NCBI RefSeq assembly: GCF_036588685.1
Contig: NC_086375.1
Span: forward strand, 41,230,001 to 41,294,000
Source: Mytilus trossulus
Lineage: Eukaryota
Reading direction: 5' to 3'
DNA: 64,000 bases
Positions 35,121 through 48,920 of this stretch are shown piece after piece; position 1 is the first letter of the stretch; each line of letters opens with the position of its first letter. Made by a program: the position numbers and the translations under genes. The notes beneath the pieces were generated by a model. The model saw only the letters and a list, made by a program, of their open reading frames with translations, did no database searches and was not told the origin of the DNA.

Positions 35121-38100
35121 GTTGCGATACCTATTAAAGCATATTAGTTAGAAATGTATTTATATATTTATTATACAAACATAATCAATTGCCTTTTCCA
35201 ATTTTACTTTGATCACAAAAAAATATAATTTGAAATCTTTCTAGTATTTTTGTCTGTTTTTTGGTTGATGAATTTTTCTTAGAGAAGGGGCCGTCAAAAC
35301 TGATAGACCCGCTATTTCGTTGAAGTAAATGAAAACCCAGTTAAAAGCTATTTATGAACTATGTGTTGTAAGCTGACAATTTCTTGTTTAATAGATTAAA
35401 TATTTGGTGTTCAACGCATCTTTCAGCCCTATTGAATATATCATTCAGGTCAATTTTGTAGATGGAGGAACGCAGAACAGAAAAAAAATAATCATTTTTC
35501 GGTTCGAAAAATTACAATCCTAGTAAATTTAGATTTTAATTCGGAAAAGAAACATGGTCTCATTCCGACCGGCAGTAACCCCTTTGTAACTATTGGACTA
35601 TTTGGTTGTTTAAGATAAAAATATAGATAAACGCAGCTACGTCCGTTATGAATGGAGACGTTAAACCCGATTTACCAAAAAATCTTTTTTCAAACTGATA
35701 CTTAGAAGAATATCATGAATTGACATTATTCGAGATATTCAAAAATGATCAAATATATATATATACTTATTCTTAAAGGTTACCTATTCAACACTCTAAT
35801 AAGATCATTGCATAATGTTTTTTTTGTATAAATATTGACTTTGTTATCAGTAGATTAAAAGCTAACTAAATATTACTAGTATGTTATACTAGTATACATA
35901 TACATTTTCATGGATCTACAATCTGTCGATTCCTGTAACTTGGCATTACACAAGGTCATGTTTTTCTCTGGCTGTTTATGACGTCTTTATACAAAATCCA
36001 TTGTATGTTGGATGTGTACGGATTGATTGCTTAGTCTTAGAGGCATGATTTTTTATTAGTTGTTAATGGCTTTGAACTAGCTGTCAGATAACTACGAGTA
36101 CTCTCAGATCTGTTCATTGTGTCTTTTTGTGTCGGTGTATAAGTACCCGGCCACGTCCACTTTTATTTTTTGTCTATCTGATGAGTTAAGCCTTTTTCAA
36201 CTGATTTTTATAGTTCGTTTTTATGTTATACCACTGTCCCATGTTAGCGGAGGGTTGGGATCCCGCTAACAAGTTTAACCCCGCCACATTATTTATGTAT
36301 GTGCCTGTCCCAAGTCAGGAGCCTGTATTTCAGTGGTTGTCTTTTGTTTATGTGTTACATATCTGTTTTTTCGTTCTTTTTTACATAAATAAGGCCGTTA
36401 GTTTTCTCGTTTGAATTGTTTCACATTGTCTAATTGGGGCCTTTTATAGTTGACTATATGCGGTATGGGCTTTGCTCATTGTTGAAGGCCGTACGGTGAC
36501 CTATAATTGTTAATGTTTGTGTCATTTTGGTCTTTTGTGGATAGTTGTCTCATTGGCAATCATACCACATCTCCTTTTTTATACATATACGTAAAAGGTA
36601 AAGACTCTCATTTACGTGTACACTAAACATACATCTTTGGTGTTAAAAATCTAATTTCACTTACCTTTTATATAATATTAGAATGATACTATCTACGTAA
36701 TTTTGTTATCAGAGGTAAATCTCGTGATATACACCACATGTCGACTGTGTATTAAGATAAAGATCGGTAAATTTCAAATATGGGGAGAAATTTAGTTATA
36801 TAGATATATACGATATATGTAGGGTTTACAACCAATAATATCCGATATAAAAAAAACGAAAAAAAACCCAGAAAAATGTAAATGATTTATGTGATTTACA
36901 TTGTCATAATTCGATTCTTTCTTTCAAAAGAGTATTTGTCCGACATGAAGCAAAACATACCATGTAACATGGAGAAAGGAGACAGATTAAAGCTCAACCA
37001 GCAAAATTTAAATGTCGTTCATACTTATTTGTAATTGCATATTTATCTGTCGACTATTTAGTTTGATTATCCGTTCGGTTATCAAACGCCTTTATCGTTA
37101 TAAAAAGTTTAGTAAGCATTCTATTTCACTGACGATACTCATTTGAATTGCATTTAAAAGCTTATATATAACTCTTCTTATTTAAAAGGTTTTCGTCTAA
37201 TACTGAGTTGAAGATGTTGCCATTTAAGGTAATAAATAGCTACGATTTCATGAAAAGGTGAATAACACTTTCAAAAAGATGTGCAGTGTCCTCAATCAAA
37301 TCCCATTGAAACGGGTTTTTTTATTTTCAAATTTTATTGATTTTGTAACGTTCCATCCGAAACACCATTAATACTTTCTATACACAAAATACACTGAACC
37401 AGGTAAGGAGAACACAGCCGGTACCCACGTGCACTTTACGGTTAATGCATAATGTGTTACGGATTTACGGTAAAAAGCGGACTTCATTAGCATTTGTGTG
37501 TATTTTGTTCAATATGCTCTCAAATATACTCATCATAGCTGCCAGGATTTAAATTGTGTTTGCCAGACACGCATGTCGTCTACAAAAGACTAAGTAGTGT
37601 CACTCAACATCAAAACTGTTAGTAAAAATGCCCAAAAATAAATTGAAATAAATCATTAGTCCCGTGGGAGAGAATAACAATTGACGAACATCTAGATGTG
37701 TTTATCGTTGCTGCAAAATCGAACACACAAAAAGTACAACCATATGACGGTTGAACCTCTGAAACATAACCAACCAAAACTGATGGTTTATACTTGCAGC
37801 ATGCATTACGCTACGATAAATACAATAATATAACTTTTTCGATTACACGTAAACATCGTGTAGAACGCCATTAGCGGGATGTCAGTTTTATATATGTTTG
37901 ACACGGGATGGCAATTTCGAAGCAAAGAAAAACGATCAAGATAAGTCAAAAATTTCCCGGTTTTTAGTGAAGTTCGTGTTGTTTCTTATTTATTATTTAT
38001 AACTGTTGATGTACATGTACATTTCCTTTGGTTTTTTTAGACTTTGTTTACTCCTTGGTTTTGATTGTTATTGTCTTCCACATTATGCATTGCATGGAAG

Positions 38101-40344
38101 GAACCAAAACATTATCTATTTCCTGCAAGTAGAGGCAAACGTTTATTAGTTTATGTTATCTAAAAAACCTCTCCCTAGTTTTCGTTTAAACGATTTTGAG
38201 GCTTCACATGCAAATTTTTGGATAAATACTACATTGGACGAGTTTCTACTGAATGATTTATATGAAAGTAATTCGATCATGGAATTAAACCAAATAGCAG
38301 CTTCTTAGATAAAATCTATTTGTTTTAAATCTACTTAATCAAAATATAAAGTGTCGCTCGGGGTGCCAGATTTTGCGTCTTAAGGAGTAGAGACATTTAA
38401 AACAAAAAAAGAATAGATTAGTATATAAATCAGCCTTAATATGATACATTGTATACAATGTAATTAAACATATCTAAAATTGAGAATGGAAATGGGGAAT
38501 GTGTCAAAGAAACAAAAACCCGACCATACGAACAGAAAACAGCAGGAAGTCACCAACATGTCTTCAATGCAGCGAGAAACTCCCACACCAGGAGGCGTCC
38601 TTCAGCTGGCCCCTAAACAAATATATATACTAGTTCAGTGATAATGAACGCCATACTTAACTCCAAATTGTACACAAGAAACTAAAATTAAAATTGATTT
38701 ACTCTGTTATGATGACAAATTAAAAACAAAGAGTATTTAATCTTGCCTTTTATAGTCTTATAAGAAATCCGAGTTTGATTTATAAATAGTGAAACAGACT
38801 GAAAATATTTTGTTTTGCGTCGAAACATGATTTGTTTTTTTTTTACTGATGGTCAGAAAAAAATCACGACACTTTAAATTGGAGGAAAATCACAAAGCAG
38901 ACATTCATGTCAAATTTGCCCACAGACATAAACAGTAAAAGTTCATCAAGGTTCATCACCAAGTTTCTCGTACAAAAGTACTCGTGCACGCCGCAAAAAC
39001 CACTTGCTTCATAAAGAATCGATTCATGATTCTCTCCAAAGAAATACTTACCGGCATCTTTATCATCAAATGACAATACAGCTTCGATATTTCTTTTCTT
39101 ATTTTCCTTCAGAAGGTCATCATTTAGAAACACATTTTTGTTTTTGGCTAGTGAAACCGATCCGAATAAAATACTGATAAAAATTCAAGATTAGCAAATA
39201 TGGGATGGAAATGAACGTCTATATTTAATAAATAAAAAAGTATGAAGATAAAATGTGCTTGCATAAATCAGTTTCTTATGTCATTTAAAGAGAACTGCAA
39301 CTGTATATTCTTATACTCCTATTAACTGTCATGAGTATTCATACATACAATGTACATTACAGTATTGAGCTAAAAGAGATATGTGCAAATCATTTACGAT
39401 CTCGAATATACATATTCTTTTATGATATTGAAAAAAGTCACGGAAGGATAAAAGATTATGATCTGTTAACAGTAACTTGCATTTCTTTCCTGTCTAACTT
39501 TACCTTAAAAAAATAATAATCCTATTGTGAATCGGGTATACCCTTTTGCATTTAGCGTATTTTTCAAATTCGTACATGTTTTTACATACAGTTTTGCTGT
39601 TAAAACGTGTAACACACGAATCAAGAAACATATCATATCTTTTCATTTCAAATTATTTGTCTACTTAAAGTTTAGTATAACATTAAAAATGTAAATTTAT
39701 TAAAAAAATAAAATATACGGCGTTTGTTATAACTTTAGATTAAAGAAAACCCTTCTTGATCTCGTCAAATTGAAAATGTCTGAAACCGATAATTTTTTCA
39801 TTTTGTGTTGATGTCTCAGAAAATAATATGGAGTGATTCACAATGAAACGATTAAGCCTGTTACTCGTACAAACAAGTTTACACTAATTTCATTCAATTT
39901 GCTTTGCATTTCACATTTTTTTATTTGGCATTTCGTTTAAAATATGATAAAGCCTTGTACGATGACGGTTGCACATTCAGATGTAGATGCAACATCAGAT
40001 AATTTTTTAATTAAAAATAGCAATCAATATACTGGACAATTGATCGGTCAAATTAATTACCACGACGATACTTTTTAACTTGAAATATAACAAAATTATA
40101 AATGATTTCAGTACACATTTCTATCAAATCTATTAAAATTGAAATAAAATCCGGGTAACCTGTTAGCATTTTGGTATTCGATATAAGGTCCTTTTGGTCA
40201 ACCGATTAAACGTTAACAGCACTAGTTTTTATTTATGACCCGCATTTGTTTATGCTAATCGATTTATGACTATTCAACAGCGAAATACTAATGTTGCCTT
40301 TGATTGCTAAGCATGCTACGCTTGACACTCAGGAATAGTTCTTA

Positions 40345-41182
40345 AAAGAGGGACGAAAGATACCAGAGGAACATTCAAACTCATAAATCGAAAATAAAGT
40401 GTCAACGCCATGGCTAAAAATGAAAAGGACAAACAGTCAAACAATAGTACACATGACACAACATAGACAACTAAAGAATAAACAACACGAACCCCACCAA
40501 AAAATCAGGATGATCTCAGGTGCTCCGGAAGGGTAAGCAGATCCTGCTCCACATGTTTCATCCGTCGTGGTGCTTATGAGATAACAAATTCCGTAAAAAG
40601 TCTAATTCGGTAGGTCACATTTATGAAAGGGAAGGGGATTGTAGTTATTTCCGATATTATTTGTGAAACGGTTATTCCATAACGGTCAACCAACTCTTGA
40701 TGACGTCCGTAAAATGTACGAAGAGATGATTTGAACTTCACCATTTGGAACTTTTGATTTAATAGCTTCCTCGTGAGCAACAACCCTCTATCAAGGAAAT
40801 CATGATGAGAAATGCAAGCACGGGAATATCGTATCAATTGGGAGATATATACACCGTATGCAGGTGCTGCTGAAATGTTGCTATTTAGAAATGGAAAGTT
40901 CACAATTGGAAAGCTGAAATCATCTCTTTTGTCGTAAAGATGTGTTTTCAATCGACCCTCATTGTCAATTTCTAGATGTAAGTCAAGATATGTGGCCGAC
41001 TTAACTATATCTGTTGTATCCTTTATATCAAGTTCAATGGGATAGATGCGTTCGTCATAGTCACCAAATTTTAAATTATTTAGTGAAAGGACATCATCTA
41101 TATCGCGGAAGGTAGAGTAAAATGATATTGCTAACTTCTTATCTTTCTTCCAAAGAAGTTCCTATATGAAGTCAGCCTCATA
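40345..41182 (-). mobile_element. 5'-truncated Penelope-like retroelement fragment (RT C-terminus/thumb plus 3' tail)
   Basis: Translation FRDIDDVLSLNN...IYPIELDIKDTTD...YLDLHL...LKTHLYDKRDDFSFPIVNFPFLNSNISAAPAYGVYISQLIRYSRAC matches Penelope-like RT motifs. The tail ggagcaggatctgcttacccttccggagcacctgag recurs at ~23830 and ~59390. Confidence 0.8.
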
Positions 41183-41623
41183 TCATTTTATTCTCATTTA
41201 GGTATTTGTATAACAGACAGAAGCAAATCAGAAAAACCTGTAACTACTGCCTGTGTACAAACCTCTAGTGTGTATCATTTTGATTACAAACGTTGAGGAT
41301 ATAAAATGCCTTGCAATGTCCACCTTACAAGTGTTATTGGTGGTATAAACATGACAATGTTGCTGACCTCTATTGCAATATTGTCTAAGTTGATTCCGTA
41401 ATGTTGACAGATGAATAATTTTTATTGATATTATTCTCTAATTTGTTAATGAAAGATAACCGTAATGATTTTTTTCACAGTAAAACAGTTTTTAACAGAT
41501 ATTACCATATGTTCCAAATGTTTTCTGAAAAATTCTTCCAACGAATACTTTAGAACCGAATCACGTGCTCAAAATATTGTATCGAAGGACTTTTACTTTT
41601 GCATGACGTAAAAAAATCCTTAA

Positions 41624-42013
41624 GGATGTCTGCTTGTCATGTTTTGGAATTTTTGTCAGATTTTCGGAATCCTCTGGTTTTAACCATTCGAATGCCTTAA
41701 AAAAATTTACCCATGAACCCCCATTTTATTTTTTATAAATCTTTAACGTGTATAATTATAAGCCATTTGTAAAATTCTTATAAAATTTTATTTATTTTTT
41801 AATAGTATTTGAGAACTTTAACTGGTCAATGATAAAGATATAAAAAGTCAAGAGAGAACATTTTCCCGCCAAAATTACAATGGCTAATGTCTCGAAAACA
41901 AGCACATTGACCCCTATTTTTTTTTTGCTTTTTGGATTCCTCAATTTATTCCCTATCAATACATACTAGTTTTATGAAAAGTTATTTATTTTGAAACTGA
42001 GCAGCAAACATCC
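41624..42013. mobile_element. Non-autonomous DNA transposon with TTAA target duplication (Kolobok-like)
   Basis: ttaa|ggatgtctgc ... gcaaacatcc|ttaa. GG-starting TIRs with TTAA flanks fit Kolobok better than piggyBac, whose TIRs start with CC. Confidence 0.65.
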
Positions 42014-44666
42014 TTAATACTGAAAAACAATTTCCAAAATGTTGTTTAAACATTAGTGATATATGGGCGTTTTTCTATATAAGCGTAAATTTCAAACCTA
42101 AAAAAAATGGAAAATAAACTTGTCTTAAATTTTAATTCAAGAGTTATTTTGAATACCTCTATTATAGACCTGTTTGTGAACAAAAAGTGCAATCTTAAAT
42201 ACTCTTTTTAAAAATAGTTTTGAATAGCGGGAAATTTCAAATCATTTAATGTATGCAGGAATTTACTTATATTTATATGTAGATTTCTCGACCATTAAAA
42301 TATACTAAAATAATACAAATAGTCGCACAGAATAACACAAATTTCTCAGTAGATATGTAAAAAGTGTATAGAAATTTAACATAAGGGACTGTTGTTTGAT
42401 TTACTGTAAGTATAACGAGGTGTTCACCTTAGGTAAAAAAAGCGCTTAACTACAAAGTCGCTTTAACTTATGTGTTGGATATCTACAACAATTAAGATGT
42501 TTAACTCCATGAAGTCATAAAATTACATATGTAGACGAAAGTCAATATGTTAAGGGCATTTGCTAGCTTTATTAAAACTATTTAATATGTTTCCAATGAA
42601 ATTAAGCTGCAGATTTATCTAATATGAAAAACACGCTAATTGTATAATCAAATTAATGTTAAAATTGAATTTTTAAAAAGGTATTATAAATCCGATGAAA
42701 TAGAATTATTCGACCACTTCTGTTGATTTTGTAACGTCTTATTTGTAAAAAAAAGATTAATGTCTTATTAAAAGTCACCAGCACCTTACCTGGACCAATA
42801 TGCACAGAGCTACGACCCAATATCAAAGTTGAAGTTCCAATTTAAACTGTACAAGTACACTATTTCATTGTAAATTTTGTATTCTTGTCTTTTAATTTTG
42901 TTAATGTGCTTTGTCTTTATGCTTTTTTGTGCTTCTTTTTTACACATTTTTATGTTTTATCATGATTAGGATTATAACACAATGTTGACTGTTGTACCCC
43001 TATTTGTGACATTTTTACCTATTATGTCTGTTGATTTTGTTCACACATCGTTGTCAATATAATGGAATTCGATGCAACTGCCATACAAGTAAGAGGTTTA
43101 GCTAGCTTTAAAACCAGGTATAATACACCATTTTCTACATAACAAAATGGCTGTTCCAAGTCAGGAATATGACAGTTGTTATCAATTCGTTTGATAAGTT
43201 TGACCTGTTCGTTTTGTCATTTGATTAGTAATGAAACAAATCCAAAAATATGAGCATGTTCTTATCAGGTAATACATAATATTATAACTTTCATCGACGA
43301 TGTTGATTTTTTTGTATGATAAGTAATAAGATACAAGAGCTAGATTTTTATCACATTTAATGCAAAAGTATGTACATACATTAATAAATTATATATATTA
43401 TAGCTTCTCCTTAGCAAATGCATATATTTTGTAATTTTTAGATTATTTCATCGCACGTACGTACACTTTATACTTTAAAAAATAATGATATATAAGCATG
43501 TATATCATGCAAAATACAATTATTCTCATTACAAAAACTTCCATTAAAATTCAATGAAGCATGACAAATGTCCAATTACACAAAAACTATCGAAACAAAA
43601 CATAAGATTCCTTTATTAAATAATTAAAGAACAAAGTTTTCTGACACAACAATCACGTACGAAATGATGATCTCTCTCCAATTTTCTTGTCTCTCATGTA
43701 AAAAAGAATCATTATTTTACAATATTTATGTTCACAGTTGTTCTATAGAGTCAACATAATGAAAAGTCATCAAATCTGCTATCATCAAAATCTCCTACAT
43801 ATATATATTTTTTTTAAATTTAATGTAAACAGGTGTGTGTATATTTTAGATTTTGGATTCAAATTATCGAATTAAATAAAAAAAAATCATTTCTGAAAAA
43901 GGATAGCATTATAGTTTCCAACATAGTTTACCAACATCATAATATTTTGTCTTGCAGATATGTTAAAATACTGGTCATAACATATATGCATATGGAGAGG
44001 TTAAGAAAAGCAATGCTTTTAGCTTGGTATTTTGAAATTGTTGTGCATACCTAAATGAAAAAATGCATATATAATATTGTGCAAAGTAAAATTATTTCAT
44101 ATGACATAAGGAGTATAATCGTGTATCATTTAATACTAATATTGTATTTAAAAGCTTCTACGGTAATTCAGTCATGGTTTGGAAATAATCGTCTTTTCAA
44201 TGAAATCTTTCAGTTTGTGTTGTTATTGCATGAAATAACCAAGGTTCAATGAAATATTGACATAGAAAGTTTGTTATCCTTTCGAATAGTTCATATCACA
44301 ATATTAGTAGACTTTGTTAACGTTAACATGAACAACCACTGTTTTCTTGTTCTGCAGAATCTAACACTTCTTTTGGTCGTAATTCAATATCTGTACAATT
44401 GTTAAGGAAAGTTCATACGAAGACACACAGCTATCTACAAAAGACAAAGCAAACCATGCTAAATTGAAAAGATAAGTCAAAAATTGAAATGGTTTGGCTT
44501 TCAAGAAATCAGCGATGCATATAAGATATCAAGCAATATACCCATATTACAGTGAAAACCTAAAGATCCCATCCCTTACATTTCATTTTGTCTGAATTAT
44601 ATTACTATACCTTCATACTATACCGAGATGCAATCTTAAAAAGGAAACAATACGTTATGAAATGCA

Positions 44667-44708
44667 TTCTCCGAAGCGCTTTTCTGGACTTACATTTATC
44701 AGGAACGA
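44667..44708 (-). ncRNA. Degenerate hammerhead-like motif of a second family
   Basis: Minus strand reads cgttc-CTGATAA-atgtaagtcca-GAAA-agcgct-TC-ggaga, with a G>A change in the core. More decayed relatives are at ~19735-19785 and ~21955-21995. Confidence 0.4.
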
Positions 44709-44743
44709 TCAAACTCGGAGATTTGAAGCCAAGGATGTTTAAG

Positions 44744-45479
44744 CGGCGTTTTGCATTTGCACCGATCTGCATTTCATTTGCGCCGATTTTTTCTTTCATT
44801 TGCGCCGATTTTTTTACAGGTAAATTACAAGTGAATAGATATAAAAAGATGTATGAGTGCCAATGAGACAATTTTCCATCCAAGTCATGTAATTTTTTAT
44901 TTATCATTTTGACCTCTTCTGTTAGCTAGTTGTACAGAGGAGAGGGGTGGTGGAAGAAGGCATACCAGATACATCTTCAGAATTTTTCCTTGACCGTACC
45001 CACAGTTATTTAGCCTTTGTCTTTCGGCCATCGATCTGCCGCATGGTTATGCTCTTCAAGTCTGTGTTTTGACAATAGCCAGACCATCAGAATCCGTTGT
45101 GAGTCTGGCTTTACACGATATTATGGTACATCAGTGAGATAAGTTGTTATGTTTCATGACACTGATCTTCCGATATGTATGACCATCGATAATGAAGGAA
45201 TAAGCAATTGACTCATCGGCTCATTTCAGTCCATGTCCAATTGTCCATTTTGTTACAACGAAGTTTAAGAACTATATCATATGAATCCAAATTAACTTAA
45301 ACATAAGTGAACTACATTTATACTAGTAACCAGATTTTACCAATGGTATAGTGGACAAGTATTAACTTACCTGTAAATCTAATTAGGAGCAAATATAAAA
45401 TCGGCGCAAATGAAAAAAATTAAATCGGCGCAAATGAAAGAATGAAAATTTTAAAAATCGGCGCAAATGACATACGCCC
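44744..45479 (-). mobile_element. Internally deleted Mutator-like (MULE) element with FLYWCH zinc-finger remnant
   Basis: Ends cggcg.../...cgccc carry three inverted subterminal tcatttgcgccgat-type motifs each. Flanks are a degenerate 8-bp pair, tgtttaag/tctataag. 45205-45035 translates to AYSFIIDGHTYRKISVMKHNNLSH*CTIISCKARLTTDSDG...EHNH (FLYWCH pattern, with a stop and a frameshift). Confidence 0.65.
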
Positions 45480-47499
45480 TCTATAAGAACCGAAACATAG
45501 CTTCAATAAAAAAAAAGTACACCAAATTTGTATAAAACCTGACAGGCCAACAAAGCTACTCGTTAAAAAAATAACTTCGGAGTAATGTCACTTTATAACA
45601 TTAATGTATATAGGTGAATTTTTTTTTTACAAAAATACTAAACTACAAAATGGAGTGCATATTATATTTATAATGAACAAAAAACAGACCTAGGACAAGT
45701 GTCTGTGAAAAAAAGAAGTGCTTGTACAGCAATTTTGAACTAGTAAATTTATCATTTTTGGAAAGTAAAAAATGTATATGTTAAATTGGACAATCTTAAC
45801 ATAGAGTGCGAACGTTGGCTTTTTATGAGACATGCAATGGCAAAATGTGAGTCTAAGGTATCGACATGCATAACAGTTAATAGAATAAGAAAGTAATGAA
45901 TAAAGTAGAATAATGTTCAGTCTTATCCATTTTTTCACTGTAAAACATAAAATAATAAACAAAAATTCGAACTCCGAGGAAACTTCGATGATGAAAAATG
46001 GTACATTCAAATGCTCAAACATATCAAACAAATTGACAACAACTGTCATATCCTGACTTGGAAAATCCATTTTCTTATGTAGAAAATGGTAGATGAATCC
46101 TTGTTGTGCAGCTAGATGAACCTTTCACTTTTATGACAGTCGAATAGATTCTAGTATATTGTCTTAGATTGACAACTAATTACTACCACTTATTGCTTTT
46201 ACAAAACTATAGATACTTGATTTCGTGGTTTTGTACAAGTCTCCACACTAGTATATATATAAAATTTAACGCCGAAATAAATGGTTTCATCTTTTCTCAA
46301 GAAAATTAGCTCTCGACGAATAATAATAAATCAACACATGAATGCTTAGACTTCAAAGACACAATGTGTCAGAGGGTTCGTATAAATAGTACTAATCATT
46401 GTATTTTTTTTTTTTATCACATTCCTATAAATAGATCAATGATATGATCCATTTTATCTTTACCTCAATTTCATCAAATTAATTATGAATTCTCTCGGTT
46501 AAAGTTGATCTTATACAATATAAAAAATCCAATGTATCCGAGATTCCAAATTCTTCAGGATACTAGTTTAATAAACATTTCTCTTACAAACAACAATCTA
46601 CAAATGTTGGTTCCTATCATCATTAGCTGCAATACTATACAATTACTGTCATTTGATGACAAAAGACAGTAATTGTTTTATTCCATATTCCGAGAAAAAT
46701 GTATTCAATGACAATCATTTACCAAAACAAATTTAACAAAAATTGCATGTAAAAGCGTGTGACGTTTAGCGCGGTGAATAACACTTTCTCAGGTGAATAT
46801 GCTTTTTTATTAAAAATATATATTTATTCATATAGGGAAACCTACTAAAATAATACAAATATGTAATATACTGCATGTAAAAACCAGTTTTTATGTGTAT
46901 TATGTGCAAATACATGAGAACCATAGGGAACTATATTTTAGTGTGAATACATTTAGTAACAGTAGGTAACCTGTCCTGTTGTTAGGGAGGGTGGTGCCTA
47001 AGTAAAGATTTAGAACAAGTTCTAATCTTTCCAAAAAGTAAAACTCAACAACCAAAAATGTACCTAATCACTGAAATACTGTACCGTCTGGATAATACAT
47101 TTACCACTACAATTCTGATGTTTCAGTGTAGAAGACGCTGTAAAAATGACTTCTTAATTAAGGTTGCAATCATTTCTGAAAATATCATATGCAACGGGTA
47201 GACTGGGTATAGAAATATATTCATCCTTAGACTAGCCAGTCGTGAGGTAAAACACCTTACTTAATGGGGCTTCTGTTTGTCTGAGCAGGGCATTAGATAT
47301 TTAACAATGTCCGGGCGGAATGGTGTTCTTTAATCTGATGACTCGAGTATATCGCTTCAAAATATATCTGGCAGGGGGTCTACAGGTGGCTTGTTGTAAC
47401 GAAAAATTCCTGTCCCTACAAAAAACCACCACACGCTCAAATATATCGCCTGTTTTACACATTTACAAGTATCACATAGACTTAAAATTATCAATAATA

Positions 47500-48920
47500 G
47501 TTTGACACTAAGGTCGAGGTCAGATGAACAATGCCAACCAGACATGTTCACCTAACAATCAGTCCATTATCCAAATATATTTGCCCTATTGCTTATAACA
47601 TCTAATGTTTACAATCAGGAACAGTTTCAAAATATTGACCAAAGAACTATGAAATTGATGTCAAGGTCAGATGAACCCTATCAGACATGTGTCCCTTGCA
47701 ACCTTTCCAAAAGCAGCAAGTGGCCCTCCACTTTTGAAAAATAAAACGCAAAAAATTATGAAAATATCCCCCCCCCCCATTTTTAACCCCCTTTTAGTAA
47801 TTACCACCAAACTCAATCCCAGCTTTCCCTTTGTGGTATGGTACCTTGCAGTACAATTTCAAGTAATTGTCTTGAAACTAGAAAATGCTTCATTTTTTAC
47901 ACCTTTTAAGCCCTTAATTCCTGAACGTTTGGAGCAATTACCACCAAACTTGATGACCTCCCTTTATGGTATGATACGTTGTATTACAATTTCAGAGAGA
48001 TCCTTACGCTTAAACACAAATTATTGTCTGGAAACTAGAAAAATATGTTTTGCTCCTAATTCCTGAAGGTTTAGGGCAATTACCCCAAAACAAAATCCTC
48101 CATAACACAAACAAAAAGTTTTGTCATAAACCTGTTAACTATGTAAAAGTTTCAGTCAATGAGCTATGATGAGGGGGTGGGGGCTATATAATCTCCATAG
48201 AAATGATACTTGCAAATGCCTTAAACTTGCAAAACAAATACCATTGACTTAACATTAGAAGTTCATCTTATACTGATCTAATCACAAACGTATACAGGTA
48301 AACTAAGAAAAAGATTTAAAGTCAACAGACCATGACTGGGGAAATAGGGCAAATATTCGCCCTAGAAATGGGATGTGCTAATGCTTATACAACTGAATAC
48401 CAACAAGCACTCTGTGAGCATTGCATGACAATGCATAGTCCACTACCAGTTAAAAATTCATTGTAATGGAACAAAATTCTAACTTGATCTACAACTTGTC
48501 ATGATGTAACTACATAAAATTACAAACAAGCCTACCACTAAATTATTCAAACAATATTCAATAGAAAAGGGAAAAAAAATCCCAATTATCATTTAGTTAA
48601 ATATAATGTCTTTTACAAATCTTTTAAATGATGAGGTATTTCCATTTGAACAGAAATCTAGTAATAAATAAGTATTTCATTAAAAATTTAATTCGAGGGA
48701 AAGGGCTTTAACTGAACAATGAGAAAAGATTAAATCAACAAAATCAACTTGTCATGACAAACCAATACACGAAAACAATACACGAAATATCAAATCAATT
48801 TCTTGAAGCATGAAGAAGAAAAGTCTGGAAAACTGATTTGCCAGACTGACGAATGGATAGACAGACTGACAGAGTGCAAACCTAAAGTCCCCTTCGACTT
48901 TGTTGATAGAGGATTTACTA
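47500..48920 (-). repeat. Patchwork of Helentron-type repeat fragments
   Basis: aaggtcgaggtcagatgaac and tcaaggtcagatgaac are the reverse complement of the 9201-10941 unit. A GACA microsatellite and terminal hairpin-like end lie at ~48845-48920. Confidence 0.55.

Noticed and set aside
24045-36580. Shared sequence at 24045-24900 and 35776-36580 as proof that TRIM-like copies 3 and 4 arose by one segmental duplication
   Set aside because: Most of the match is a high-copy repeat that also occurs at 63880-64000, so independent insertion cannot be excluded without alignment.
5883-41110. Both RTs in the window show Y->D at the YxDD motif (DLDD at 5883, DIDD at ~41100)
   Set aside because: These are two single T>G changes in unrelated, otherwise disabled elements, most simply coincidence. 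It would matter only if the family consensuses share it.
47070-47480. Relatively GC-rich stretch that might be a coding remnant
   Set aside because: The frames I translated are interrupted by stops, and I found no recognisable motif or convincing splice-site pair.
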